A DNA stretch of 64,000 bases from contig OZ320316.1 in the NCBI GenBank assembly GCA_976226885.1, positions 38,812,001 through 38,876,000 on the forward strand, given 5' to 3'. The notes under the pieces were generated by a model, which did not search any database, was not told where the DNA came from, and saw only the letters and a program-made list of their open reading frames with translations. The position numbers and the translations under genes are program-made. Positions 52,118-64,000 of this stretch are shown here, piece after piece. The first letter of the stretch is position 1, and each line of letters opens with the position of its first letter. This stretch comes from Iphione sp. A-MEVVRFRX5. Taxonomy: Eukaryota.

Positions 52118-55100
52118 GAAATCCCAAAAGGGCAATTCCAACGAAAATAAACAGTGGAAAGCCTCTGGTCCAAAAAGAACTAATTAAAAAGAACTAAATA
52201 AAACTCATACTAAGTGAATAAATAAAAGCTAGGCTACTGTTTTCTTTCTGTTGGGATAGCCGGAATTTAATTTCAGAAGCAGTTATCGGGAGACAATATA
52301 GAGCAAAACATGTTAAAGACGCGTTATTTTACATACAAGCGAATGTATTACTGAAAAAAACTAGGTAAATATCATTTAAACACTTCGTGCCGCCGTAGCG
52401 GTAACAGGTGCCGTGTTCAAATGTATTCATTTGAAAAGCGATGTACAGAGGAAATCTCTTTCATTCAAACCTTTCCTTTTTAAAGTATGAGGATAATTAA
52501 ATCAAGCAGAGCGTGAGGCACCCTTGGAGAACGCTTCCTTGGCACATTCTGCGTCGGCCGTCCCTCTCCTTCCCCTCTAAAAAAAGTGCCATTGGTGTCA
52601 GGGTAAAAGTCACGGCTGTGATCGATTATCTTCACTTAGCCATACGGTTTTTACACTTATCAAAGGTAACATGCCTTTTATGTTGCACGAGTCCCCATTA
52701 TCAAGCAATGAGTGAAATCAGTGGCAACGTGTGGCCTCTATTTACTGCCTATTGAAACTATGGCCCCTTGCAATCGGCGCTCTGGAAAGGGCACAGGTCT
52801 TTTTTGGCTAGTACAGTGCCATGATGACACGTCGTACGGGCATCACGAGACTCGGTGTTAACATGTCTCCGATACATTTATCTTGTGTTCCAGAGTTGTT
52901 ACTTTTTTCCTCCTAAGACCTCTGTGGTGCTTGCTCTGCCGACCCCCAGCGCCATGCGGTACCGATAAGAGCCGTCTTGTCGGGGATCAAAGCCCACGGA
53001 GCTGGGTGGGGGGTGGGGGTGGGGTGTTTGACAAGCGGGCGCGCTACCGACCACCTCACCATAAAATCCCAGCAAGGCCCTGCTGGCGCCCGAGCGATGA
53101 TTGCTGAGGCCAGCTGCAGCCGCTGACCCGGGCGTACAGTAGCATTGGAGCTCGTGCTGCCTGCGATCACGACAGTGTTTTCTTACTCGCTGCCCCTTAC
53201 CACACATCTGTATATCCGCATGGTTCCAACTCATTTTTCTCCTTCTCGCCTCCCCTCTGTCTTTCCCTCCCTCCATTCCTCGGCCCTGGCTTTCCCTTCC
53301 CTTTTCTCCATGGCTTGTTCCTTTACCCGGTGTCTGTCTGTTTGTCTGCCTATATTTCCGTTTCAATCTCTATAATAGTATCTCCCACTCTATTTGTTTA
53401 TTAAACTGGTCTTCTGTTCTGTTTTATATACGTATTGTACATCCTGTATCGGGTGTTCACAGGGAGGATGAAGCCTGCTTAGATAACAAATCACCAAGAA
53501 ATCAACATAGTCAACCATTCATCAAGAATGAAAGAACTGAAAGAACCAATCACCAAGATATCAGGCACTTTTGAAGCGGAACAATAGAAGACCTTAACTT
53601 CAGCTCTGAAATAACTAGGCAAATAACGTTTGGTGCTAAATCAAAATGGCTTTTGGCACTTCACCATAATAGGTATGCCCCACCTCCCTGTGTATTTTTG
53701 AGGACAATTCATCCTTTCAATATAATCGTAAAACTTCACGTCCCCATACTTCCTTATCAGGAATATGTAGTTCATTATCCAAACTTGCTCTGAAAGCGAA
53801 AGTTAGGATTGCTGATGGGTGAGTGGATTTAGCTTTAAAAACTGAGGACTGTTGACGGATGAGTGGGTTTGCATATAAAATACATGTATTCTGTTTGTGA
53901 TTATCTGAAATTATTTGATTAACTTGAAAGTGCACTGAATAAAAGTATTGTATATGTACATATACAATGTACTTGAATGAAGATGCAGGTCAAGCTATAC
54001 ACTTCCCTCTACTTGAAGAAACCTGTTTTAACAACAGACAGCGAGTCACACAGGGTTCAGGCCTATTGCTCAGTGTGCCAGCACCTGGAAGAGTTTTGTC
54101 TAAAACAAAGACCGCCTAGTTTGTCGCTGGCACAAACCACCCAGGAAAATAGCTCCTGGCCACTAAAACTAGACCTGATAATATATTGGCACCACTAGAC
54201 CCAACAGGACGCCAGACCCCAGTTTTAGCTTATGGTAGCTTTTTAAAAGCCGAATGCAAAAAATATCATAAGACATCAAATAAGGATTAGGTGTACCTAT
54301 ATGTAACTCCATTTTTGTAACATATTTCCAGCAGGTGTTTTAGATAGCGACATCTGGAGTGTAGTCTCTCCTACAATTAGCTTTTCAATTTCATCGCAAC
54401 CCTACATTTCTTACTTTTCCTTACACTCTGAAGAGTGGAATTGCCTTCGTTAAATCATGTAAAGAAGTCTTGTCACGGATCTGGCAGATCGGTATGTCGT
54501 GTCGTTATTCGCAAAGACAGCGCAAACGAACTGATGGAATTGTAATAGTGTTAGAAGGCAGCTACAAATGATTTCTTTCAAACTGAGAATTGAGCTATTG
54601 AGCTTTCACCTTTCTATTGGAGCGAGTCCAAATTAACCGGCCTGTCCCACTGCAATCTCTATGATGACTGAAAATCAGCACGGGGTTGGTAAACAAGCCG
54701 AAAGCACTTTTCTGCACTACAGCCTCTCTCAGTGTCGTGAACACACCGACCTGGATATGCTTTATAACTGTGGACAATGTTATAGGGAGTTTTATTGACC
54801 TAGCATTAACGTTGCTCCTACGGTATGAACTTCAGTAGAATATGTATCCCGCTAGGAGGCAGTAAAGGTGCCGTGGGTAGCGAAGGCAACATGCAGTGGA
54901 CCATATCATGGCGCCCTCGTAGATAGGAATGTACAGTCTCAATACCACAAAGACACCTTATTTTGAGATCAGACACCATTCACGCAGCGTCTGATACCTT
55001 GCTTTCAAACCTTTTCCTCATGATCAGTGCACAGAAATAGTCAGGTTGTGTACATTCAAAACATTTCATGTCTTCCTGACTCGGTGAGCACGCTAACTAC

Positions 55101-56339
55101 AGGGACTGATGAAGGTATATATCCGCCAGTACCTCTGTAATAAGAATAATTTTGCTGTCTACTCACACAGTATTAAGACCATAATTACCTTGATGCTAAC
55201 ACTAACAAGAGTACTATAACGCTTAAAATATACCCATTTTAAAGGTTTCGATTTTTATTTCTGAATGTAACGCTATTGTAGCAATACGTTTCCCAGTGCA
55301 ATCACGTTTTGGACCAAAAACATAATTAGAAGCATTTAAAACCTGCCGTTATGTCTATGTAAAAATAATTGCTTCTAAAAGTTCATGTTTAGTTAACATT
55401 TCCAGCACGCGGACAAAAACATGTCGGTATGCTTATTTTTCCGGTAGTCCATGAAAGACTTCGCAACTTGAAATATCCAAATAATCTTAAGAAAATCCCG
55501 CAGAACTACATGCACTAACATACCATAAAATAGTTTTATAGATGGCTTTCAACGAACGAATCTCCAATGCTAAAATCATCGAGAAATCAAGAACCTTTTG
55601 TATATATATACATATTGTTTAATGGACCTATCGATTCAGCACAATTTTGGCTGTGCATATAGCTATCACTCTCCTATTGCTAGTTTAACATGTCTGACAA
55701 CTTAAAAGTAAGTCATGCAGTTCCCTTCAAACGTCCCTGCATCTTCAGACATTCTTCATGGCCTCAATAGGGAAGTGTAACATTGAAATACCTTAATGGA
55801 AAACGAAGAAATTGCTACTATCGAAATCGAGACAAATACTGAGTCTTTAAACTTGGGAGAGAGGATGATGATTGATAGCCGGACAAAGTTGATTGATTTA
55901 AAAGCTTTTACAACCACTCTGAAGAACTATGAATTAATGGTCACTCAACATGTAGACATTCTATGGAATATCTTTCTAGCTATGCGTTTTATAGTCTATC
56001 CTGATGGCAACTAATTTGAGGCGACTACACCAGGTGGCATGCATATTTCATGACACGTGGCTACAGAGGGTGATACCTATGGATAAAAATGTCATATTCA
56101 ACTGCGCCACAAATAGTTTGAATGAAAATATGTACTTGCTATGGGTAGCTGGATAATAATTGACTAAGCTATGGATGAATCATTATTTTAGATGGGATTT
56201 TCATTACCAGGAAGCCTTGCTGGCTGAGTATTACATGTATACCTAATATGCTTAGAGTGAAATATAATAAACCTCTACGGGTAGCTAGAAGATTAGTATA
56301 TCATGTAGGTCTCTGCATATACAACTCCGAAAGAATTAA

Positions 56340-58923
56340 TGCAGTGTGGATATAAGCCTTGTACGTAAACCTGGTTTGGACCTCCTGTAACAAACATGAC
56401 AGTAGCTCTTTTTTGCCATTTGTATGGGCATACAGCAATTCATCAACATGTGGGCAGAACCATACTGTACCTGCCTGGGAAAAGTGTTTGGATCAAGGGA
56501 GAGGAGAAAATATTCAACAACATGCAGAGTGAAGTCTAGGAGGGGCATTCTTTTTTCGAACAACTTATTTTTGAGAAGGTTAAGTTGATCTTCATTGCTT
56601 CCATAAGGTACCAAAATAATTTAAGTGTCTATCTGGTGCTTTTGCTGTCATAAGAATAATATTGAATAAACTGACCTGCCCTATTCACCCTGCCCATAAA
56701 TTCTATATAATGCATTACAGCTAGAGGAAGGGGAAGAGGCTGTCATTCAAATTTCCCACTGTTCCCATTTTTCATTATACAGTCAACTGTTGATGTTTCA
56801 GTACCATGATTGGTAAATAGATCATTTACTAGTCTTTTATCTCTCCACAGAGACAACACCATATCTGCACTCTTGTAAAATAGCATAGACCCCTGTTCCT
56901 TTAAGTCTGTTGGTTTCTTCTTTCTGATTATGCTAAGGAACTCCCTTCTATCTGTATGAACAGTCACACAACAATATGTTATGTTAAATCAGGCCAGAAA
57001 ATAGGCTCACTGATATGTAATGATTGTCACAAATTAAATGGAAATTCTTCCCTAGATAATCAGCAGCGGTCAGTAACTTGAGAATGACATGTTCATATGG
57101 TGATTTCTCAGCTCTGTCTTTGTAACCAAAATATGGTATCAACTGGAGAATGTAGACTGCTGAAATATACAAAAAACAAAGAGATATATACAACCAAAAG
57201 GAAATATTTCAGATATTATTTTCGAGTATGCATCATTGGAAATAACCCCCCATCCATTTTGTCACTATTCATATATGAAATCAACAATGAATTAACCTGA
57301 ATAATGCTCTGCAAGGAGCAGACATTTTATGCCCCACTTATAGGGCTTGTTATGGAGATATTGCTTAAAAGCAACTGTTCCCTTGAAGGGTGTCATACTC
57401 TCATCAACCACTATCTCTTTATTTGAATGGTATATCTTGGTCACTATGTCACTGAATGTTTTGAAAATCTATGAGACTTGTTGTGCAGGCCACTTCTGTT
57501 GGCTGGCATCTCGCACATAATTGGGGTCTTGTATATCAAAATGCAAATAGCTGTAGTAAAGAAAGTGGAATTATAAGCCACATACTCAACCAAATATCAC
57601 AAATGTATCACAGACAATTCAAATAAAGATATTTCCTCATAGATATATGGTAAATACAGTGAGGCCTCACATAAAGACCATCTCGCAGGGAGACTAAACT
57701 GGGGGAAGGACCAAAGTTGGTCAGAACCAACTTTCTGTACATTTGCTATATATAAATGCTTCACAGGGGAGACCATCTCGCAGAGAAGACCACTTCTTGG
57801 GAGAGATCGAGATTACCAGAACCAAACCACCCATTTTACTTTACAGAGGTGACCAAAAACACTTTGAGGGGGTATTCATGGGGAGCAGGGCGTGGCAGGG
57901 CTGGAGGAAGCACGACCTCAGACCCTTTGAGGGGGGGGTATCATGGGCGGCAGAGGGTGGAGAGGTGCAACCACAGTCCCGACGCCCTGGAAGAAGTACA
58001 AACTCAGACCCCTTTGAGGTGAGTATTCATGGGCTGACAGGGTATCAGGGATGTGACCATGGTCTCCACACTCTGGAGGAGGCATAAGGTGAGCAGCACA
58101 TGTCATTTGGGAGCACAGAAGACAAGTGCTTCACAGGGGAGACCGCCTCTCAGTAGAGACCAGAATTGGTCAGTCCCAAACTTGGTCTCCTAAGAGAGGC
58201 TCTATTGTAGTGTGAAATATGATATTGTAGGACTGTCACCGTAGAATTTGTGTGAATCTATCATGGGATGTCAAAGCCAGGGGGAGAAGCCACTTTACAG
58301 TTGTCCAGTATAACTTGATAGTAGACCTCTGCATAAAACCCATCAAAAGGGCCAAACCAAGAAAATACTTCATTTCTTGGATACATATTGGCGACCACTT
58401 CTTCTTGTGCTGAGCTGGTGTTTTTTCTCAGATGACCTGGATAAAATTGTTGGTTCTGTTCATGATAGCTACTCAGAATCGGCAGAATCAAAAGATTAAA
58501 ATCCTGTGGGTTTCTGGTCTTATCTCTATCCACAAACGCATCCAACACTATTGGTTCCTCAAGATCAGGAATATTTTTGTTTTTCACCAGATTTTTTGTG
58601 AATCCACTTCCTCTCACGTAGGGTTCTTCCTCCCTTAGTTCCTCCGAGGGAACATCTTTAAGTTCCCAAAATTGACCTCACTTTTTCCTGATTCATCTTC
58701 TGGTATGTTTAACTTATTCGTCAGAAATATTACCAACATCTCCTGTGGGTGCCTGCAGAGACTTTAGGGGGAGATCATCCGCCCAGTTCCCCTCAAAATC
58801 AGAAAATTCTGAGTCGTTTGTTGCCACACTGTGTGTATACACACATACACACATCACCATATGTATTAAGGGTACAGAGACAGCCTCAGCATATGAGAAC
58901 ACATTGTACACATACAGATCCAT
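56340..58923 (-). mobile_element. Decayed piggyBac (DDE_Tnp_1_7, PGBD-like) transposase with two introns
   Basis: Fragments EMKYFLGLALLMG, RFTQILR|YLHF, IVVDESMTPFKG..FKQYLHNKPYKWGIK, ICDNHYISVSLF, WRDKRLV, YIEFMGRVNRAGQ and C-terminal CHVC. Multiple stops and frameshifts. TIRs and TTAA ends not found. Confidence 0.9.
57657..58207. mobile_element. Tc1/mariner-pogo-type MITE with internal GC-rich repeats, nested in a piggyBac intron
   Basis: TA|CAGTGAGGCCTC ... GAGGCTCTATTG|TA. Internal TCACAGGGGAGACC twice and TCAGACCC(C)TTTGAGG...CATGGG repeats at 57860-58035. Confidence 0.7.
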
Positions 58924-61900
58924 TTCTCATTGTAAATTACTAGTAATTCACCCAGCCATAGTAAATATATTTATCTATAATCTGTGAAAACGTCATCTCC
59001 ATAAAAAAGGCAAAACAATGTCAAAGACAACACGCGCCGTCTCGATAGGAATTCCTTTTCACCATATACAGCGAATATAGGTAACTTGCCATTCTCACAG
59101 CTAAAAAGAAGATACCAATTGCTACTGTAACGTAGAACCTTTACAAATGATATCGCGATTCACAAGCATATTTCTTTCTCGTTGGGACGTCATCGATCAG
59201 TCAATTACAGGCCCTCATATATATATTTTAGACCATGACTCTGAACAACGTGTTCTGCATATGATTTTAGGTGTTCCTCTAAGATAATACTTTTCTAAGG
59301 CTAGCAGCATTTCTCAGCAGAATCATTTCTACTAAATGCCAATGTATTATTGTAGATTATCATACAATAACATTATAGTTGTCAGCATGAATCAAAGATA
59401 ATCACTATGTTATTTTATACACATGGACATGTATTACCTTTCCTCTGTCGTAAACCTCTTGACATGATAATTACCATTATTTAGAATTATGAAACCCTTC
59501 ATCCGAAAGTAAACGTACTCCCCTGCTATATCTTTTTTCAGTTTTAATGTTCAGCGCAATCCCAAACAGCAGTGATTACTTTATATTTTCGCATCACTCC
59601 AGTCAGATGGTTTTACTATGACTCTCCCTCGTGACGAACTGTCTGGACTCTACCTTGCTTCTTCTCTAGATTCGAGTTCACATAATGGGAAAACTCCACG
59701 TATACTCTGCTGCTGTTTTCGTAATGCAAAGGCAATAAATATGTGTTTGACTGGGGAGATACCCGCATGACGCAGGCCGTCGTCATCCCCTAGGCTTGCT
59801 TCATATCTGTATATTGACTCTTATGATAGAGTTACAAGAAGCCGTACCCGGATCATGTCGATTTATTGATGGTTATTTTGATAAATTCGCCATCGCGTTC
59901 CGCTGTGGAGACTCAAAATGTTGCGGTACGATTACCGGCCCGTGTTCATCTGGCGGCATACATAAACTTCTCTCTGTTATTGCTGCTTCAGTGATGTTAC
60001 AACAGCCGTACATCGGGTAAGAGGCCATGGAGAAGGTGACCACTGTGTCATATATTTATTGCTTCAGGGCTTGCCTCCGCCACACCTGGTAGGGAGGCGC
60101 CCACATCATAAGACACAGGAGGAAAACATCACCGGTAATAACTGCGCACTTGATACTGCAGCTGGCCCAGACAGACAGACGGGCTCCGTGCTTCTTTCTG
60201 AACGTGTCTTTATGTAGATGTGTTGCTGGCCTCCATAGCCAAGTAGAAACCAGTGTAAGCAGTTGCATAAACTGCAAGGACCATAATGAAAATAGACTTA
60301 CAGAACGAGACCGAAAGAATCAAAGAAAGAAACATACGCTTACGGGTCAGAGAACGATGAGGAGAGCTCGGTATCTAATTAGGTACACGAATAAAATAAA
60401 AACAGGGGAAGATATAGGTAGACAGACACATGCCCGATTTTAGACCGATCCCTGAAAGAAACGAATAGGCGCGCAGACTGGTTTGACACAACCTCTCCCC
60501 CAGTATACTGTAGATAAATGTAGCTGCAGGGCCGTTGATGAATGACGAAGGAGTGACACTAGCAAAAAAACTCATAGGCTAGACCCCATGGAAAGTGCAC
60601 ATCATCCTAGGATCAATTTGAAGTAGCATATCTGCCAAGAAAAAACGACCACATCTTAAGAATATGACGATCAGAACAGAGTATTTGAATGCTCAAATAT
60701 TCTCGAAATCTCCACCACTTCTTTATATGTACATCTAACGAACATACTAAACACTTTATCCATGGGATGGGCATCAGGTGCACTTGGTACCCCCCAAAAC
60801 GACACCATTTGATCTCCCCCCCTTTTTTTTATTTAATCTGTACGTGCAAACGTGCACGACAGCACAGACACTTCTTAGCTTAGAAGGTATCGCAGTGACA
60901 TGTGGGCCCAGATGTCAACATGCAAAAAGTAGCTTATCTTGTTAAACTTGAGCAGGATTCGTTTTGGAGAAACCCTTTTCATTTGCATATAATACTTCCA
61001 AAAATGCATGAAATAATTTCCGGCTTTCATTTTGCTTACATACTTACGAATGTCACTTTATAAGACACATACCTATTCCATCTATTTGGAAGGCATCTAC
61101 AAGTATTGTCTTTCTCGTGTCAACCAATAAGCATAATGCGAACTTGACAGAAAGCTCAATGTCTCGATTATATAGGCTAGGAATGTCACAGGGGTTTGTA
61201 CCAAATGATATCCTAGTTCGAAGCGTTTGCTGAGTTATAGGAGTATCCATCTGACTTATCTGAACGTCTGTATTACATCGATATCCGTTTTTGATCCACT
61301 CTCTTTCTGTGTTCATAGGTCAAAACAATGCATCTGCCAAATGAAGTTACCGAAGAAATGTACTTGACCTGACTCTTTTCAAGGGTTTTTAACTTACCTG
61401 CAGGGTGTAAGACAAAAGAAAAATCACAAAGCGAACAATATAAGCGACGCGCTTTGATTTTGACAAAAGTGAAGCTGAGCTAGACAGTTCTGCACTGGGG
61501 CTGATAGGTGACGTCCATTCCCCATCATGGGGATATTATGTTCATTGTTAAGAATTCTGCTGGAGCTATAGGATCCAGGCGAAAATAGAATACTAACAGC
61601 AAGAGTGAGACAGGTGTTCGCCGAACTCAAACACCCCTGATTCATACATTCTTCGGTAATCATGTTTGAGAGTTCCATCATTATATCTAATACGAGTGCT
61701 TATACATAAGTCATTCTTTACTAGCTTCAGTAGAGGCTGCTCTCCATCTCTCTATTTCTCTCTCTCTCCCGCTCTCTTATTCGTTTTTTCGTTTATCCCA
61801 GAGCATACCTCGCACCATTACCACTAAATGACGCCAGTATGCTTACTATGCATGTAAGACATCAAAATGAATTGAGGATGTCAGGATGAATTATGTCCGT

Positions 61901-64000
61901 AAGTCTTTTTGTGACGGAAAGCTTTAATAATCACTCATTTTCCACACCATCAACCAACTTCGCACTTGAACTCTTTCACGAGACTGTTACGCTTCTCCTG
62001 AATGCCGTACCTTATAGACGTATCAGAGAAGCAGTCTGCAGAGGCTGCCTACCAAAAACACCCCACCTAATAAATAGCTAAGAAAACAAAAGTCAACATT
62101 AAACAACGTTTTGTGAAGACTGTAAGGCTAAAATTATTCCAGAAATCTAGTCCTGTATTATTTACAACACGAGAAGATCAATTGTTTGGAAAGTCAACAT
62201 TCATATCTTTAAAACATGGAAAGATCAACGACTTAATCCTCTTTCTACAAATTCGAGCCAATAAGATGTACTGTATGTTAGTCATGACGATGCCCTTCTC
62301 CTGTCGTGGTCTAGGCACGTGTTTGTGTTAGGTGCACACTTCAATGCTTACAGCTGTGTTTTATATTTTGATCGACCTCATTTTTGTCTCGACTGCTCCT
62401 TTTCTGTGCTGGGTTGCTGGCGATGTCTTCCCCAGGGCAAACAATGCCAGAACATTAGAGGTATTGAAAGAACTGTTATGGCACCTTTGTGATTGCTTTT
62501 GTGTTCGATTATGGTATTTCAAGGCCTCTCCTTTGTCTAACACGGTTGCACTATTATTACATGAGTGATTATACTCTTCCTGCCTGTAGCAATAGACTCA
62601 GCAGTATTCCTTTATCTACTCCCACTTTCTTCTTCATTTGTATAGTGCATTAAGCGCATATCTGCAAGGTATGACCGAATTGTCCAAATAGCCAAACAGA
62701 GTCAAGGACATTCACTAAAGGAAATATCTTTCTGCCATTAAAATAGAACAAGAAAAAGTTGGTTTAGGATTTAAATGAATAAGGATCAAACTTAAATTGT
62801 TCCCTCATGACAATCAATATTGTCAATTTTATTAAGAGATACTGCGTACAGTCTGCACTGTTTTTACAATTATTACTGAAGAATTTGTGGCGGACAGCGG
62901 GAGTCACTTTAAGACTATTAAAGCGTTTGCTTTAAAAAGTTGCTGGTAGGGAAAATGAGCTTTCTTCGAGTGTTAAGTGTACCATAAAGATAGCCATGTG
63001 TCTATCGAGTTTATTGGGTATAAATAAAAGGCGAGGAATGTCCGTAGAATGGAGGGACAAAAACGATACGGTAATATGTTTGACAGGTCTTTCGGCGTCC
63101 AACAACACTATCACCATCATTTATCGAGCTGTCATCTTCCACGGGCATAATTTACCAGTTGCGAGAACGAGTTTTTTTTTCGGCGAGGCTGGTATGGTCT
63201 GAATCTCCTACTAAACACCATTTTAGTCAGCATTCTTGTGTTTTGTACGGGACGGCTCGGGTAGATATTGAACTTTGGCAGGGGGACATAGATCACCAGG
63301 CGCCACTGGGAACATTTCGCTGCCCGCGTGTGTCATGACAAGCCATCGCTGGTGAGCCTAAACACGCTCCTATCGGCACCATTGTCATCATGTCGCTGAT
63401 GCTGACAGCTGGCTCCTTTGGTAATCTGACAGCCGATGCAATCGGCCTCCAAGTGTCGGTTCCCAGGCTGATCTATAAAGTCCTTCTAGTGATTGTAATG
63501 ATCGGATAGCTTACCGGAATGGACCGGTCATATCTCATCACCCCGTCCTTCTTCTACTCGTTACTTCTACTCTACCTGACCATGTAGATGTCTTGCCCTC
63601 TGCCCTTCCGGTATCAGTTCTCACGCTGGCCTCTTGTTCACCCTACCTTGCCTCTTTTCTCACATTTTTACAGTTTTATGCCTACTCAACAACCCTTAGA
63701 CATTGCGCCCTGGCGCCTACCTTCTCTCCCCCAGCTCCGTGTCCCTCCCACCCTCACCAAATTTCAACACCTCTCAGCCAGACGTTGAAACTCGCTGTAC
63801 ACCTGAGCACCCAGCACACGATTGCCATCAAGGAACATGTATATAGATAGAGTGGGGGTTGACCGTATTATTACTTAGGCCCAGACACTGCACCTGCCCT
63901 GGTCCTCCTGCTCCACCTCCTATGAGTTAGCCTCATATCCGGCCATACTCACCTGCGCTGCCATGGGTGGGTGGTGTGAAACGTACAGACCCTACCAGGA

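Noticed and set aside
52883-53375. 155-aa ORF and neighbours in a GC- and CT-rich tract, with a GTGAGG donor near 53060
   Set aside because: The ORF is driven by low-complexity purine sequence. No frame gives a signal peptide for the VWA gene. It may be a non-coding exon or promoter.
55399-55418. REST/NRSE-like TCCAGCACGCGGACA
   Set aside because: It needs a gap, is far from the nAChR gene, and REST sites are not established for the likely taxon.

Overview
This is eukaryotic, AT-rich, intron-rich animal DNA with GC-richer exons. It is most likely a marine invertebrate and probably a lophotrochozoan (inference from gene families and repeat types). There are no prokaryotic features and no CRISPR array. 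Three protein-coding genes can be built exon by exon with GT-AG sites and matching phases. (1) An intact 7-exon, 474-aa cation-type Cys-loop/nicotinic acetylcholine receptor subunit on + (2558-12408) that lacks the loop-C vicinal cysteines. (2) An intact 8-exon, 309-aa ribokinase (RBKS) on - (17140-22310), tail-to-tail with it. (3) Three internal exons of a VWA / Thr-rich mucin linker / degenerate-VWA matrix protein on - (48760-50981), whose first exon was not found. The rest is a transposon graveyard: a Penelope 3' end with a hammerhead-like motif, an intron-containing Crypton tyrosine-recombinase fossil, a decayed Gypsy pol, a piggyBac transposase fossil with two spliceosomal introns, about 10 MITEs, SINE fragments and tandem repeats. 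Several orphan exon-like segments on the - strand (28-36 kb, 43-44 kb, 61-64 kb) suggest further unannotated genes, but these are tentative. All calls were made by eye, without database searches.
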